Shown here piece by piece: positions 44,801-44,902 of a stretch of 44,902 nucleotides of DNA. Origin of the DNA: Clostridia bacterium (GTDB lineage: Bacteria; Bacillota; Clostridia; JBAXOJ01). A model generated the notes under the pieces. It made no database searches, was not told the DNA's origin, and saw nothing but the letters and a program-made list of their open reading frames with translations. How positions within the stretch are numbered: the first letter of the stretch is position 1; every line of letters starts with the position of its first letter. The position numbers were made by a program, and so were the translations under genes. The stretch is from assembly GCA_037133315.1 (NCBI GenBank), contig JBAXOJ010000001.1:1-44902 (forward strand), written 5' to 3'.

Positions 44801-44902
44801 CGTTTCCGGGGACAAACTGCGAGGTTGACTCCGCTCGACGATTTGAAATGGCGGGTGCAAAGCCGGAAATATTAGTTGTTAAGAATTTAAGCGGTCATGA
44901 TG
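41845..44902 (+). CDS. purL: Phosphoribosylformylglycinamidine synthase, large single-chain type (3' end outside the window)
   Basis: An open frame runs from the ATG at 41845 to the window edge; the ORF track omits it because there is no stop. By hand translation the N-terminus is MPLETQVKRVFVVKKPGFDIEAKALL..RYDVEG. It contains tandem AIR-synthase-like domains (e.g. THNHPTEIEPFGGAAT). The last residues, FPGTNCEVDS, begin the glutaminase domain. Confidence 0.9.
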   Translation, partial: MPLETQVKRVFVVKKPGFDIEAKALLKDLKDNLNIRALATLEIVIRYDVEGISDADYTKAKHTIFSEETVDLVFDETYPAQTVSSMFAIELLPGQYDQRADSATQCIQMLTEGERPIVRAARLIVLMGELSKDELTQIKDYIINPIDSREAELAKPHSLELTLDVPEDVEILDGFTSFSPVQLATFLKEMGLAMSFEDLAFTQTYFRDEEGRNPSITEIRMLDTYWSDHCRHTTFLTHIANLEIEADPSTEPIQEAYEMYLKARESVYGARISKKPVCLMDMATIAMKHLRLQGKLDDLDESEEINACSIVVNAEIDGKHEDWLVMFKNETHNHPTEIEPFGGAATCLGGAIRDPLSGRSYVYQAMRVTGSGDPRKKLSETLPGKLPQRKISTVAAAGYSSYGNQIGLATGKVAEIYDEGYVAKRMEIGAVVGATPKANVRRERPQAGDQIVLLGGRTGRDGCGGATGSSKEHDEESLASCGAEVQKGNPPTERKIQRLFRNPDVSRMIKRCNDFGAGGISVAIGELADGLDINLDLVPKKYEGLDGTELAISESQERMAVVLSEEDVAKFIAATAAENLEATVVATVTDDNRLRMSWRGIYIVDLCRDFINTNGVAQKVDVKISKVIGAMPNAKTHDLRAQWMQTLSDLNVCSQKGLGERFDSTIGAGTVLMPFGGKTQLTPAEGMVAKLPLLTGDTTTVTFMAHGFQKEVSKWSPFHGAVFAVIESVTRLVAMGADFEKVRLTFQEYFEKLAKNPEKWGKPAAALLGAMWIQEKLGIAAIGGKDSMSGTFKDLDVPPTLVSFALAPGHIKQVRTNHLKKAGSNLVLFQPRYLENGLPDIDSLIAVYRTVNQCKVLSAGSVKTGGLAALITEMAVGNMIGVKIIDEVVEQLFSILTGSLLVEMEAGAVPSGGVLIGTTLATSEIIVNDVSISLEDCLASWLTPLEKIFPTIANEPEMDATISTYAIRNQSRAKLSVAQPRVFIPAFPGTNCEVDSARRFEMAGAKPEILVVKNLSGHD

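Overview
This 44.9 kb window looks like chromosome from a low-to-moderate GC Firmicute. The gene order is Clostridia/Bacilli-like: rny-ymdB, mutS2, typA, mltG-trmR-U32, and a large fused purL. I call about 36 protein genes. I found no rRNA, tRNA, CRISPR array, transposase or integrase. Most genes are tightly packed housekeeping genes: rny, ymdB, argS, mutS2, typA, mltG, trmR-like methyltransferase, U32 peptidase, punA, ahcY, class V aminotransferase, serA, DUF1015, alaS, HIT, rpsU, htpG, an acyl-CoA synthetase and 5'-partial purL. Five accessory-looking parts stand out. (1) A stand-alone PD-(D/E)XK-like gene lies upstream of rny, preceded by short direct repeats. (2) A polysaccharide-deacetylase-like gene forms an operon with an MMPL transporter. 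(3) There is a HlyD/ABC/ABC-2 exporter operon. (4) A signal-peptide-less esterase-CBM9 fusion converges on, and overlaps, an SGNH hydrolase gene. (5) A lower-GC block holds three tandem, separately transcribed paralogs of a secreted stand-alone CBM9 domain protein, next to a two-gene sugar ABC permease operon that has no binding-protein or ATPase gene. The least explained non-coding structure is a pair of 61-nt near-palindromic elements plus a half copy. They lie in the roughly 480-bp divergent region between the SGNH hydrolase gene and the serine-biosynthesis operon. All functional calls come from motif and family recognition by eye; no database search was run.
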